Positions 13,968 to 27,428 of a stretch of 64,000 nucleotides of DNA are shown piece after piece. A program made the position numbers and the translations under genes. This DNA is from Eledone cirrhosa (taxonomy: Eukaryota). The notes beneath the pieces are model-generated. The model ran no database searches. It was not told where the DNA came from and saw only the letters and a list, made by a program, of their open reading frames with translations. Location of the stretch: the NCBI GenBank assembly GCA_964016885.1, contig OZ024741.1, positions 367,908,001-367,972,000 on the forward strand, read 5' to 3'. Position 1 is the first letter of the stretch. Each line of letters opens with the position of its first letter.

Positions 13968-14102
13968 GCTATTTGTACTGAGGCTGGTTTATTGGCATTG
14001 AGAGAAAGAAGAAGGAAAGTCACCAATGAAGATTTCAAGAAAGCCAAAGAAAATGTGTTGTATCGTAAGAATGAAGGAGCCCCAGAAGGACTTTATCTCT
14101 AA
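13968..14102 (+). CDS. PSMC1: PSMC1 last coding exon with C-terminal HbYX motif
   Basis: CTACAG| [44 protein letters not shown] with TAA at 14100-14102. The PEGLYL tail is diagnostic of Rpt2. Confidence 0.97.
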   Translation, partial: AICTEAGLLALRERRRKVTNEDFKKAKENVLYRKNEGAPEGLYL

Positions 14103-14139
14103 CAATATTTGCTTTTTTTAGACTTGTAATTCTTTCTAT

Positions 14140-14145
14140 AATAAA
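14140..14145 (+). promoter_or_regulatory. Candidate polyadenylation signal of PSMC1
   Basis: AATAAA ~40 nt after the stop, followed by a GU/U-rich tract. An alternative ATTAAA lies at 14247-14252. Confidence 0.5.
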
Positions 14146-15948
14146 TTACTGATGTATTGGGTAGATTTTTTTTTTCTTTTCCCGGCTAATCTTCGTCTTG
14201 TTTTTCTAATTGCTTTAAATTTAAATGATTCTCTTACTGTATTGAAATTAAATAGATCTGTTAAAGAACTCACTTCCATCTACATACAGCCAAGTCTATT
14301 TTAATAGTAATGCAATGAGCGTTTTAAAGCCATTTTCTCTACTGAAGCAGGGGTTAGGCTTGCAGACATCATACTGATTATAAGGTCCTTTTTGAGGCAA
14401 TGTTTTACAGTTGAATGCCTTTCATAGCATAAACCCTTTTTTTGTCACCTCTTATGACAGGTAACGCTATTGTTTGCCTATTCTAAACTGGATATGCACA
14501 TCTTAATAATCACAGTATATTCAGATATAGAGCTACTGTTGTTATCTTGAATTAAAGCTGTATTCATATTAATGTTAAAAAGTCAAAATAACTCAACATG
14601 ATGATGGTGCATGACTTAACAGTTAAGATGTTGGACTCCCAATCATAAAGTTGTGGGTTCAATTCTTATTCCCATTTCAGGGGCTAATTCCTTTCAAAGT
14701 ATTTTCCCATTATGTGCCTTTTTGGCTGTATTAAATTACAGACAAGCATACAATCACAGAGTTTTAGTAGTATATAGATAACACTGGAACACATCCTGAC
14801 AAACCCAAAAATATAATATATGAGTGATGGAGATCTGGAATAAATATAGTTCAGATGCCATCTTGTCATTTCTTTCTGGCTGCTGGGATGTAAGTCGGAT
14901 CACTAATTTTCAACCAGGTTCACTATGTACTTTCATTGCAAGCCTATTGAGCTGTCTTTCCTTCTCACATGTTCTCATTTAATTACACTACCCTTCACAA
15001 GTTCTTATATGAGGTCAAGAATTAACAACAATAGGTGTTTCAGACATACATGCTGCTCTCATATGCATACTTACATGCACACACAAACACATAATACATG
15101 AGTTCCAGTAATGTTTGGACGAATTTAACTGGCTTTACAAAATTAGTATTGTATTGAGTTAAATGAAATTTATGCTGTGGTTGCTTAGAGACATTAATTT
15201 CCAGGTTAAAATATCACTTTCTGAGGAAAAGGGGCTGATTCATAGTTTTTTAAGCTCTCTTAGACTGAATAATAAAATAATGGTTTCTGATTTATGCACA
15301 AGGCCAACAATTTTGGGAGAAAGGGAAAGCCGATTAAATCAACCCCACTGCATTATTGGTACTTTATTTTATTGACCCTGTAAGGATGAAAGGCAAAGCT
15401 AACAGCGGCGGGATTTAAACTCAGAACGTAAACTGTTATGACTCTATGCTGCTAAGCATGTTGTCCGACACTCTACCAATTCTGCCACTGATCAGGACAG
15501 ATAGCAACCTATGACAATGAGTCTTGCGAGTTACACTAGCTTTTTCAGCATGCCTCCATTGCTATTCTCCAGAATAACACATTCACAATTCTGACTGCTG
15601 GGACCATGAGGCAAATTTAGTTAATGTTTTGCAAAGGGTGTGAGATGATAATATTATCAATTAATGTTTTTGTTTTAGGTGTTAATCATTCTTATATTAT
15701 TGATATGCAATTATAATTATCATAACTATCTTCACTGCATTTCTCAGTTAATTTATATATGAATTCCCACAGTTTAGCCATATACGAGAAACATGGGCAC
15801 ATAAAGGGAACAAGAGAAAGTTTCAGGAAGATTTTGTTCTGAGCATGTTGGGTTTGACACAGGAGAGGAGATGAGGCAGGGGTTTGAGTCTGAGTAGGTG
15901 CTAATTGTCTTTTCACTGAGTCCAGGAGAGCAAGCACTGGAGGTATTA

Positions 15949-17020
15949 TCTATATATCTATGTCTGTCTCTCTGTCTGACTCCTTAAAACTCGAGAACCA
16001 CCCAACCGATTTTTTTCAAACTTTACACATGTAATACTTATGGTCTTGTGAGTGTTTTGAGCAAAAAATATTTCCAATTTACAATGCCCTAGGGGCCGGT
16101 AATGATCTCTCTCTATTTTTCTTAGTCTGTCTTTTTAGATACATAGCTACAACATCGTGGCTTTATAATATCTGTCTGTCTGCATTATGATACTATCTGT
16201 GTGTGTGTGCATATATGTATATATATATAGTGCGTGTGTGTATATATATATATGGAGGCACATGGCTTAGTGGTTAGAGCATTGGCCTTGCAATCAAAAG
16301 GTTGTGAGTTCAATTCTCAGACCGAGTGATGTGTTGTTTCCTTGAGCAAGACACTTTATTTCACATTGCTCCAGTTTACTCAGCTGTAGAAATGAGATGA
16401 TAGGGACTGGGGTCTCTATCATTCCACTGTAAAGTGGTCGTGGAGGTGCCATGGCAAAAAAAAGCACCCAGCACTCACTGTAAATAAAGTTGGTGTTAGG
16501 AAGGGCATCCAACTGTAGAAATCAAGCCAGAATCAGTTCTCGTCCCACCCTTGCAAGCAGGGTGATGTAAAATGATGATGATGATATATATATAGTGTGA
16601 CGTTTTTCGAAATATTTACTTCTGCGTTCACAGATTGATTTTTTTTAGTTTCAGAAGATCCCATTAAGGGTGAAAGCAGCCATTCTTTGCTTAAACTTTA
16701 ATCTGTTATTTTAATATATATATAATTATATATTCGTGTACAGCTATTTTTGCATACACAATAACAAAATATAAACAAACATATTTATTTCACAAGGCTT
16801 GACAGCAGCAAAAACAACAACAAAAAAGAGAGGGAACACAATTACATGCTTTTGAAAAATCTTAATGGAAAATTATTTGCCTATTCACCCGAGGCGACTT
16901 CACTTTTTATTAGGACTTCTGCATCAATTGGTGTACATACGACGAAACTGTTTCAGAAAGGAGGGATAAACATGCCAATCTATGTTTAGAATCCCAAGCA
17001 ACGCCGGGCCATTCTGCTAG
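15949..17020 (+). mobile_element. Non-autonomous Helitron with nested insertions
   Basis: A|TC(TATATA) 5' end. The next ~150 bp match the reverse complement of 61700-61859. The 3' end has the hairpin CCCAAGCAACGCCGGG and ends CTAG|T. Confidence 0.75.
16254..16585 (+). mobile_element. tRNA-derived SINE (CORE-like centre) with RTE-derived 3' tail
   Basis: A box TGGCTTAGTGG, B box GAGTTCAATTC and CCTTGAGCAAGACACTT, then GGTGTTAGGAAGGGCATCC, the terminal hairpin and (GAT)n. Flanked by (TA)n. Confidence 0.75.
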
Positions 17021-18115
17021 TTAGTACTAAAATGGAGACATGAGAATTTAAGCAACAATATTATAACAGCTAAAGTCTATTTTATTATGCTTAGCCTATA
17101 CCAAATTTACATATGAGCTATGTAGGCCTCATAGTACAGAGTGCCTTGTCCCATTTTAAATATATATTAATGTGGTTAGTGTTATGAAGGGCATCCAGCT
17201 GTAAAATACCTGCCCAAATTTACAGTCCCCATCGGAGTAATGGTCAACTCTGACCAGACTTATCTCCCAGCATGGGCGACCTGTCTAACCCATGCAAGCA
17301 TGGAAAAAATGGATGCTAAACGATGATGATGATGAATAGAATGTAGCTATGAAATGCGCTGTTTCTGCCCTGCTCTTAGCCATGTGGCCTCGCTGTTGCT
17401 TGTGGTTTGTATTGTTTTAGAATAATTCCCAGAGATGTTCTTTAGCTCCAGGTCATTATTCACCATAAACATTATGAGAACTGAACAATGTCTGTGAGTG
17501 TGTGTATGCAAATTAATATTAGTTGAAAAGCTCTTCCGTTTTACTTCTAACCTTTATTGACCTTGTGACCTCTGAAGAGTTATTACTGACTTTCTTACTA
17601 ATGTGCTTTTCTCAGCCATCTTTCATTACCATTTTGGTTAACTGTGTTTATCCCAACCCCCTCCGAGAGAGAAGTAATTGCTCAGACCTTTCAAACTTCC
17701 ATGGACCTGGTACTGGTTTATGTACACAATATAGAAACACATAATTATAAGTCTTCTCTATTTAATGGGAAAGTCTTGAAATCATGTCAGGAATCTGGGT
17801 CAGTAAACATTGAAGTCACTGTGTTATTTTGTGAGGAGTTTGTTGGTGCAGGCTAGGGTGGGGGTAAGATACATCTTATATGTCATGTCAACACCCAAAA
17901 ATGTTTTTTATTTGTTTTAGCAGTTTATTAGTTTCCTTTGTAATTAATATTCTTTTACTCGTTTACTACACTCATTAGACTACAGTTTTACTGGGACACT
18001 GCCTTGAAGAGATTTACTAAATTATATTGTCGCCCCTGGGCTGATTTTGTTTCAAGTCTGGTACTTATTTTATTATGACTTTTTTGTTGAATGACAAATT
18101 ACAGGACATAACTAT

Positions 18116-18151
<36 letters not shown>

Positions 18152-18159
18152 GTGATGAC

Positions 18160-18312
18160 TTCTGCAGTTTATGTCTGTCAGATTATTTCACTCGTAAGGC
18201 ATGGCTCAACCTGAGGCTATAGTTGACACTTGCCGAAAATGCTACTGTAGGGGTGAACCTGAAACCACATTGCTGCACAGCAAACTCCATAACCACACAA
18301 CCATGCCTGCAC
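18160..18312 (-). mobile_element. tRNA-derived SINE family C (others at ~45590-45710, 48680-48800, 49375-49615, 51690-51800, 62385-62505)
   Basis: Reverse complement of GGCATGGTTGTGTGGTTA...GGTTTCAGGTTCA...GGCAAGTGTC..CTATAGCCTC, recurring across the window. Confidence 0.65.
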
Positions 18313-18749
18313 CTATAAAAAGAAACTTTTATGTTTCAGCTAAGATAAAGGCTACAAAATTGTGCTTCTATCAGGATTGATCATTCCAAGAAGTAGAACA
18401 AGGGCAACATACAAAGACTATAGATGGTGTTGTTGACATTTTAAAGATTTTAAATAACAATTACATCAGTGATGGTTGGCATCAGTAATCCAACTTTAGA
18501 ATTCTTCATCAACATCATCATTTAACTTCCTTTTTTTCCATGCTAGCATGGGCTAGACTGGTCATCAATGGACCATGTCAGTACTTGATTAGAGATACTG
18601 TCATCTCACTGACTGGCTGGGAGAATCCCACATTTCACTTACATTCCCGTTTGCACATGGTTTCTATAGCTAGGTGCCCTTTCAATTACCAACCACCTTA
18701 CAGGAATAAGGCAAGCCATTTGCAGGGACTGGCACTTCACTTCATCGAT

Positions 18750-19210
18750 GAAAAGCAAAACTGACCTTGGCAGTATTTGAAACCAGAATGCAAAAAAGCT
18801 GGAACAAACATTGCAAAGCACTGTCTGACTCTGATTCTGCTAATCCACTAGACTCCATAATAATGGTTTCTGATTTTGGCAGGAAAGTCAATTTTTATTG
18901 ACTCCAGTGCATTACTGGTGCTTTATCTTACTGACCCTGTAAGGACGAAAGGTAAAGCTAACCTCGACAGGATTTGAGCTCAGAACATAAAGGACTGTAA
19001 CTATATGCTGCAAAGCATATTTTCCTACGTTCTGCTGATTTTGCCAATCCACTACACTCCATAATAATTGTTTCTACTTTTGGCATAAGGCTAGCAATTA
19101 TCCCAGTACATTACTGGTACTTTATTTTATCGACCCTGTAAGGATGACTGGCAAAGTTAACCTCGGCGGGATTTGAACTCAAGGGCCATAAATCTATGCT
19201 GCAAAGCATA
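18750..19210 (-). mobile_element. Head-to-tail cluster of three SINE family B copies
   Basis: Repeated reverse complement of GAGTTCAAATCC..CGAGGTTA.CTTT.CC.TTC.TCCTTACAGGGTC..TAA.ATAAAG.ACCAGT. ACTCCATAATAAT is duplicated at 18852-64 and 19056-68. Confidence 0.65.
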
Positions 19211-20265
19211 GTGGTGGCCATGACTGGACCCTGAGACCATTGGTAGCACATACAAGTGTGTGAAACTTTGCTTACACTAAAAAAGCTCTCTTCCAACAGA
19301 TTGAGCAATGTTTTCCTTGACCTTTCATTTACTGATTTCTACCATGTGTGTATAGATAGAGAGTGATGATGATGGAGTGGAAGATAAATATAGGTTTGGA
19401 TTTCTAAATGCACATACATGTGTATATGCTCTCTCTCTCTCTTTTTCTCTCCATATATATGTGTAGGCGGCAAATTGGTAGAGTCGTTAGAACGTCAGAA
19501 TACTTAATGGTATTCATTCCAGTTCTCTGAGGTCAACTTTGCGTTTCATCTTTTCAAGGTCAATAAAAAAAAAGTACCAGTCTAATACTTGAATCGATTC
19601 TTCCTCTAATTCTCTTTCTCATTTTCTTCTCTCTCTCTCTCTATTTTTCTCTGGAAGAAATCTGCTGGAGAGGGATGGGCTCTGCCAGGCTTACAATACC
19701 CAAGAAACACAGTATGTCAATAGTGACGCCCCTACGACTCTATCAGGAATTAATTACGGGGTGAGGGGAGGGGGGGGGGGCATACATATATATATATATA
19801 TGTGTGTGTGTGTATGTATCATTGTGTATATATAAATCTATACCTACATTTATCTGTATGTCTGTCCACCTGTCTATGCTATTTCTGGCCTCTCACTGGA
19901 GGAAACATGAGTATTAAGTGTAATATCTAAAGCCAACTCTCTCATAAGACTGCCACACACATAAATACATTTAGAAACATACATAAACATATGCATATTC
20001 ACACACACAAACATGCACACATACACTTATACACATATACAATCTCAGATGAAATATTAATGTTAACTTTTGTCATGTCCATCAGAGTGGGAAGAGGTGA
20101 AAAGTTATAAATGGATGGATGATGATGATGATAACAATGATGTTTCTATTGTTGCTGCTGTTGTTGTTTCCCATTATTCCAAGAGCTAACACCTGACAGC
20201 AAACATTAAACATCTGTCCATTGAAATTAGAGATGTTTTCAGCAATGCAAAATAAAAATAAAAAT

Positions 20266-21935
20266 TACCACCACCACCACCATCACTGCTACTATCACCA
20301 TCAGTAGTACCACCACCATCAGCACAATAACCACCACAAATACTACCACTATCACCACCACAACTACCACCACAACTACCATCACCACAAATACTACCAC
20401 TATCACCACCACAACTACCATCACAACAACAACCATCACCACAAATACTACCACTATCACCACCACAACCACCATTACCACTACCACCACAATCACCATC
20501 ACCACCACAACCCCCATTACCACTACCATCACCACCACAACCACCATCACCACAACAACCACCATCACCACAATCACCATCACCACTACCATCACCACCA
20601 CAACCACTATCACCACAACTACTACCACCATTACCACTACCATCACCACCACAACCACTATCACCACAACTACTACCACCATCACCACAACAACCACCAT
20701 CACCACAATCACCATCACCACCATCACCACTACCATCACCACCACAACCACTATCACCACAAATACTACCACCATCACCACAACAACCACCATCACCACT
20801 ACCATCACCGCCACAACCACTATCACCACAACTACTACCACCATCACCACAACAACCACAATCACCATCACCACCATCACCACTACCATCACCACCACAA
20901 CCACTATCACCACAAATACTACCACCATCACCACAACAACAACCACCATCACCACAATCACCATCACCACAACAACCACAATCACCATCACCACCACAAC
21001 CACAATCACCATCACCACCACAACCACCATCACCACTACCATCACCACCACAACCACTATCACCACAAATACTACCACCATCACCACAACAACCATCACC
21101 ACCACAATCACCACTACCATCACCACCACAACCACCATCACCACAACTACTACAACCATCACAACAACCACCATCACCACAACAACCATCACCACCACAA
21201 TCACCATCACCACCACAACCACCATCACCACTACCATCACCACCACAACCACCATCACCACAACTACTACAACCATCACAACAACCACAATCACCATCAC
21301 CACCACAACCACAATCACCATCACCACCACAACCACCATCACCACTACCATCACCACCACAACCACCATCACCACAACTACTACCACCATCACCACAACA
21401 ACCATCACCACCACAATCACCATCACCACAAACACTATCACCACCATCATCACCACAATAACCACCACCATCATCACCACAATAACCACTACCACAATCA
21501 CCATCACAACAACCACCACCATCACCACAACAACCACCTCCGCCACAATCACCACCACCATCACTACAATCACCACCAACACCATCACCACAACAACCAC
21601 CACCACAATCACCATCAGCACAACAATCACCATCATCACAACAACCACCACTACAATCACCATCACCACAACAACCACAACCACCACCACAACAATCACC
21701 ACCACAACAACCACCATCACAATTACAATCACCACAACAACCACCGCCACTATCACCACAACAACCTCTATCACTATTAGTAGTACCACCACTACCATCA
21801 TCCACAGCAGCATTGCAATCACCACCACCACCATCACCACTATTATTGCCAATCTCACCAACAGTACCACCACATTCACCATCACCCACTATCATTACCA
21901 ATAGTAGCATTACAACCACCACCACCATCATCATT
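20266..21935. repeat. Degenerate (CCA/TCA/CAA/CTA)n triplet array with higher-order repeat units
   Basis: About 1.67 kb of in-register triplets. It produces the 582-aa Gly/Cys/Asp and 548-aa Val/Met ORFs on the minus strand. Confidence 0.95.
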
Positions 21936-24443
21936 ATGGATTACCCTTTACTCCCACAGCTGCCACCCCTCGTCCCAAACTCATTGTCTGTCTGTCTTTC
22001 TCTCTCTCTCTCTCATTTGTACTATTGTTCTCTTCACCACCTCACCCTAATTCTTCTATTCACCCCTTGTTCAAGTTACCTTGAATATATGGAAATAGTA
22101 AGTACTCTTTTATCTTGCATGATACAAAGCAGCCTCACTAATGTTGAGGCCATGATAAAATGCACCCAATAAACTCTAAAAAGTGGTTGCTATTAAGGGC
22201 AACTAGCCATAGAAACCATACCAAAAATGTAGCACATAAGCATAATGTGGTCCTTTGGTCAATTTAGAAGGGCAATAGCACAGAATAAGAAGTAACACAG
22301 ACTGTGACAATTAATCCAACCCATGCCATAAAGGGATTATAATGAGGAGGTGAGTCATGTTAGCAACACTAATACCACATTCTTTAAAAAGCCATTATGT
22401 ATTTGTTTCATTTATAAATGTAGCTCATCTGGTTATTTCAACGTTATAACCAAGTTTAACCTTTCACAGAATATATTATTGTATGTTGATGTTTAAATAT
22501 AACCAGTGTGGGAATGTTGTTGTCTTTCAGGAATAAATTTTCAACTGTAAACTTTTTTTCTTTTTTCTTTTACTGTTCGTTTTTTGTACTGTCTTAAAGC
22601 CACACCAATCTGGAATAACCTTGCAAGTATGATTCACCCAATTATGTGGCAAAGTCTTGTCAAATCTTCTCCAGATTTCCAACTGACTTAATATATATAT
22701 CTGATCATATAGTGTTTACTTAACTTCAGACAATAATTGTGGTGGCAAAAGTGCATTTGAGAATGTTGTATGTAACTCAGCTGAAATAGTGATAAGTGGT
22801 TTGATAATGTATGTCTTTTTATATTTTTTTTAATGTTGTCTTGCCAAGGTCTACTTAACCTTTTATTTCCACATCCACCCAAGTTAGTAAAATAAGTATT
22901 TGGTAGCATACTTAGATAAGATTTCAAAACCAAGAGACCATACAGGGAATGTGAAATTCAAGATTATTAGGTATTGCAGCATAGGAAACAGAATTAATTC
23001 TCTTTATATAATAAAAAGTAAATAAATTTCTTTTTGCTTTCAAAACTTTGCAGCTGTCCTGTCAAATTTATTCATTTAAGTTTTATGGTAATAAAGAAGT
23101 GTGTACCTAGTTTGAATAGCTAATTTCTACTACAAATCTTTTAGCAATAATCTATGTTATAGCACACATTTTCATTTTTCTTAAAGATTGTAGTGATTTA
23201 AGGGAGATTTCGATGCTATTTTTAGCAGGTTGAATGCCTGCCTAAAAGTTCCATTATTGACATACACAGATGAACTGCCACTACATATCAAAAAAAGAAA
23301 TATATGCACCTAAATATAAATTTCAGGTTTTCTCAAATATAACAGTGATAAATCTAAAATTACACATATAACAGTGATAAATCTAAAATTACACCTAGTT
23401 GAATATGTCTGTAGCAGTAATTTGATACTCTCCTCAATAGAGTTTCTTTTACACTATCAAGTGGTCACCACGAAACTGACCTTTATAGCCTCATAGATAA
23501 ATTCAATTGTGAATAGGCTTTCAGTGCCACCATATCAGAGATTTTGACATATCAACAGGCCATCTGCTTGTTTTTGTATCCTGGAGACAAAAGAATGAAA
23601 TACTGATAAATGCCAAGCAATGGCACAGTTCAGTACTGACCAGTTAAGATATAGTGGTCAACTGTCTCACACACTCCTTTGGGTCTTTCTCTCTCTCAGC
23701 CAGGCCAGTGAAATTCATCCCATCAACAGCTCAACCTAGCACCAAACTCACTATAATTGGTAACAAGAGTTATTATATGTCACAATTTAATATGTTGTTA
23801 GGTTGGTGGCCTCTTGTTAAAAAATAACATCAAAATATCCCCCAAAACTGAAAACATATGCCATTAACCATTCCATTACCACATTTCTAATAAAATACAG
23901 ACTAATTTTCAATTAATTTTGAAAATAATCAAGAATTTGAGGAAATTTTGTAATATAACTAACTTTCTCATTAGGAACATAACATAAAGGTTCTGACATA
24001 AAATTATGATGTAAGGTTTTTAGATAAATATGAAAAACTTTAAAATAAGCAATTTTGTATTATAGAACCTGGAGCAGTTTCAGATAGTTAGGTGTCAAAA
24101 GTATTGAATATTTTGAGGCTCTAAGCTCTAGCTTGTTTATCTTATACCAAAATCTGGCACTGACTTCATCAATATCACTATTTTGAGGGATTCTGCAAAT
24201 GTTAGGGACACTGCACCACTTCTGACTAACATATGAATATTCATATTCATGAGAGTCATGGTTATCTGTAGCAATAGGTATCAGATGACTAGAGTTGTGA
24301 TTAGTGCTTTCTAGCCAGTTTATAGCCATTTGTCTTGGATGGTAGAATTAATCCATTACCCTCCCCCACCCACCAACTATTTTACCATTTTTTAAAGTGG
24401 GCTGTGTGCATTTATTGTGACATCAGCACTTCCACATTCCAGT

Positions 24444-24698
24444 GTGAGCTGAATACATTTTATAGTAAAACTAGTACTATCACATTTCAACACTAGGATG
24501 CTTGTATCCTTGACTGGATTGAGAAGACAGTGAGTTAGGGGTGAGAGCAGGGTTTTGGCTCTCAGGATACACAAAAGTTGTATATCCCAAAACCCCACTC
24601 TCATCCCTATCACTATCTTCCCAGCAAAGGATACAAGCACCCTAGTGTTGAAATGTGGTAGTACAAGTTTATTTCACAATAAAATGTATTCAGCCCAC
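24444..24698. repeat. Long imperfect inverted repeat (foldback)
   Basis: GTACTATCACATTTCAACACTAGGATGCTTGTATCCTT pairs with AAGGATACAAGCACCCTAGTGTTGAAATGTGGTAGTAC. Pairing continues inward to a short loop near 24575. Confidence 0.85.
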
Positions 24699-25474
24699 TT
24701 TGAAAAGTTGTAGTGCTGATGCCAATAAAAAAAGTACCCAGTCCACCCTGTTAGGGGTAGTGGTTGTGCTACAAGAAAGCAAACCCAGTACATGCTGTGA
24801 AATAGCCATAGAAATCATACCATAATGGAATGTGTGAGCAAGACCTGGCTGTCTAACCTTAGAATTTGACAACCTATCTAACCCATGCAAGCATGGAAAA
24901 TAGACGTAAAATGATGATGATGCCCAGTTTAACACTAACACATAGGCCTTGAATTTACTTAGCAGAGCTCCTTCCCTTGCAGCATTCAGACCATATCTTT
25001 TATTTGAGGACAGCTTTTCCTTTTCTGCCACTAATCTTGTAAAAACAAAACAAACAGAAATGCTAAGTTATTTAACTCTGAATTGTTCGGTTTAACTAAT
25101 AGCATGTAGAAAGCATATGATAGTAAAACTAACTGCTGTAGGTATTGGAAGCACTGTGGAATTGATGAGTGGTTTAATCATCTGCTGTAATGAGCTCTTT
25201 TCCACCCAAAGGAGAAGTTACCTGTAATAGATTGTCATACTATCCAAGAGAATGTTTCTCAGCTATTTCAGGTCATGTATGTGCGTGTGAGAGAGAAAGT
25301 GTGTATGTAATTAAATATAGACTATAAAAATATTTGTTTATAAATACATGTATACATACACAAAAACACATAGGTGCATATCCCCTTAAAAAACAACAGA
25401 TAAATACACACACACAAATATATATATAGTTTACGGAAACTCTTGACACTACACACACACACATATATATAGGC

Positions 25475-27045
25475 ACTCCATGAGAGCACCTATATGCTAT
25501 GACCTAGTTCTCATAACTGAATCCGTAGAAGTGTTAGAAGCAAAATTTCAAGTTTGGAAGAAAAGAGACATAAAAGTAAATTTTACAAAGATGAACATTT
25601 TAATATGTAGAAAAGAAGACAGGAACGTGATACCATCAGGAATGTGGTCTTGTTCAATATGTCAGAAAGGAGTGGACAGGAATTCCATAAGGTGTACACA
25701 ATGTAAATTATGGACACACAAGAGATGTAGTGGGATTGCAGGTAGGCTAATGGAAAAGACAGACTTTATATGTGGCAGATGCACAGGAGAAGTGAGCACT
25801 AAGAACTCATGTGAAATAGATTCCTTCAGCTGCCAGTGGGCTCTATAGAAGCTGTTGACAGCTTTCCCTACGTAGGCGATCAAATTAATAGGGATTATGT
25901 GCTGAAAGTGTGATAGCTAGGATAAGAACAGACAGGAAGAATTTAGAGATCTATTACTTTTGCTACTAATAACAAAATACTTTTCTCTCAGAATGAAGGG
26001 TAGACTGTATGATGCCTGTGTACAAACTGCAATTTTACATGGCAGTGGAACATGGGCCTTGACTGCAGAAGTCCTGCAGAGGCTAGAAAGAAATAAGTTG
26101 AGTATGCTCTGATGGATGTGTAGTGTTAGTGTGCATGAGTGACATAGGATAAGTAAACTGAGGAAAAAACCTGACATAATAGAAACTGGATGTAGTGTGC
26201 AAGAGTGAAGACTGCATTGATATAGACATGTGATGCACATGGAAGATAGCAGCTGCATAAAGAAATGCAGAGAAGGCCTAGTGGCTGGGACCCTTGGAAG
26301 AGGTAGACACAGGAAGACATGGGATGAAGTTGTAAAAACTGACCGTAAAAAACTAAACCTCATGACAGAAATGACTAAAGACTGTGAGGGCTGGGGCTAT
26401 GCAGTCCCGAGGAAGGCCTGACCTGCAGCATACAATGTGACCAAACCAACACCCATGTCCCTGCCTCTACTAGCACTCCCCAACAGTCATCCTCAACATC
26501 ACTGCTTCAACCCCACCATGCATTCCTAGCAGTTGCCCTCCCTCTCCTGTGAAACAGTTGGTGATTGGAAAGGCATTCAGCTGGGGGGCGGGGGGCTAAA
26601 CAAACAAAGGGTTGGAAGGACCCTTCAGTCACGTCAAAACGTGTCAGCCTCCCTAGTGTTTGATCGTTTACGCGATTAACACTCGGTACATGTTGTAAAG
26701 TGGTTGGTAAAAGGAAAGGCATTCAGCTGTAGAAAGCTTGCCAGACAGCCTCTCTAGTGTTGGTGATCTACATGATAAACGCCCACAGTACACGCTGTAA
26801 AGTGGTTGGTGATAGGCAGGGTATCTAGACGTAGAAATCTTGCCAAACAAAAGAATCCTCAGTGGTGTCAAAGACATGACAACCTCTAATGTGCACTCAG
26901 TGGAACGTCGACCGTACATAAAGCGAAACACAGATTCCTGATCTGCCTGGGAGATCAGTGTCTCCGCTTCAGTACAGACTTGGTCTATGTAGACCCGTCC
27001 AACCATTGCTAGCAAGGAAAGCAGACGTTAAAACGACGATGATGA
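25475..27045 (+). mobile_element. Degenerate RTE LINE (PHD-containing family), RT C-terminus plus 3'UTR
   Basis: SGMWSCSICQKG...CTQCKLWTHKRC...CGRC and GRGRHRKTWDEVVKTD. 3'UTR modules and the terminal hairpin/(GAT)n lie at ~26995-27045. Confidence 0.85.
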
Positions 27046-27212
27046 TATATATATAGTCCCGTAAGTCCTGTTGGAGTCGTAGGAGCACCGTATATGGTGT
27101 TTCTTGGACATTTTAGCCTGGCGGAGCCCATCCCTTTCCAAGTCTAAACAGAACGAATACTACAAAGCATTCTATCCGACGTTATATATACACATACACA
27201 ACGACTCTGCTA

Positions 27213-27249
<37 letters not shown>

Positions 27250-27390
27250 CATACACAACGACTCTGCTAATATATATATATACACACAATGTATATAGAT
27301 ATTTACATTGTGTGTGCGTAGAATGGTGAAAGGTGGGTGAAAGTGAAATGGAAGATAAGAGAACAAGGGGAGCAACTGTGCGATTGCGTG

Positions 27391-27398
27391 TGACGTCA
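27391..27398. promoter_or_regulatory. Full CRE palindrome TGACGTCA in a locally CpG-rich promoter region
   Basis: Exact CREB/ATF consensus, 30 nt upstream of the ATG at 27429. Confidence 0.55.
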
Positions 27399-27428
27399 GT
27401 ATGTCATGGTGCGTAGGGTATCGCTCGA

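Noticed and set aside
20239-21885. 548-aa poly-Val/Met ORF
   Set aside because: Alternative frame of the triplet array with implausible composition.
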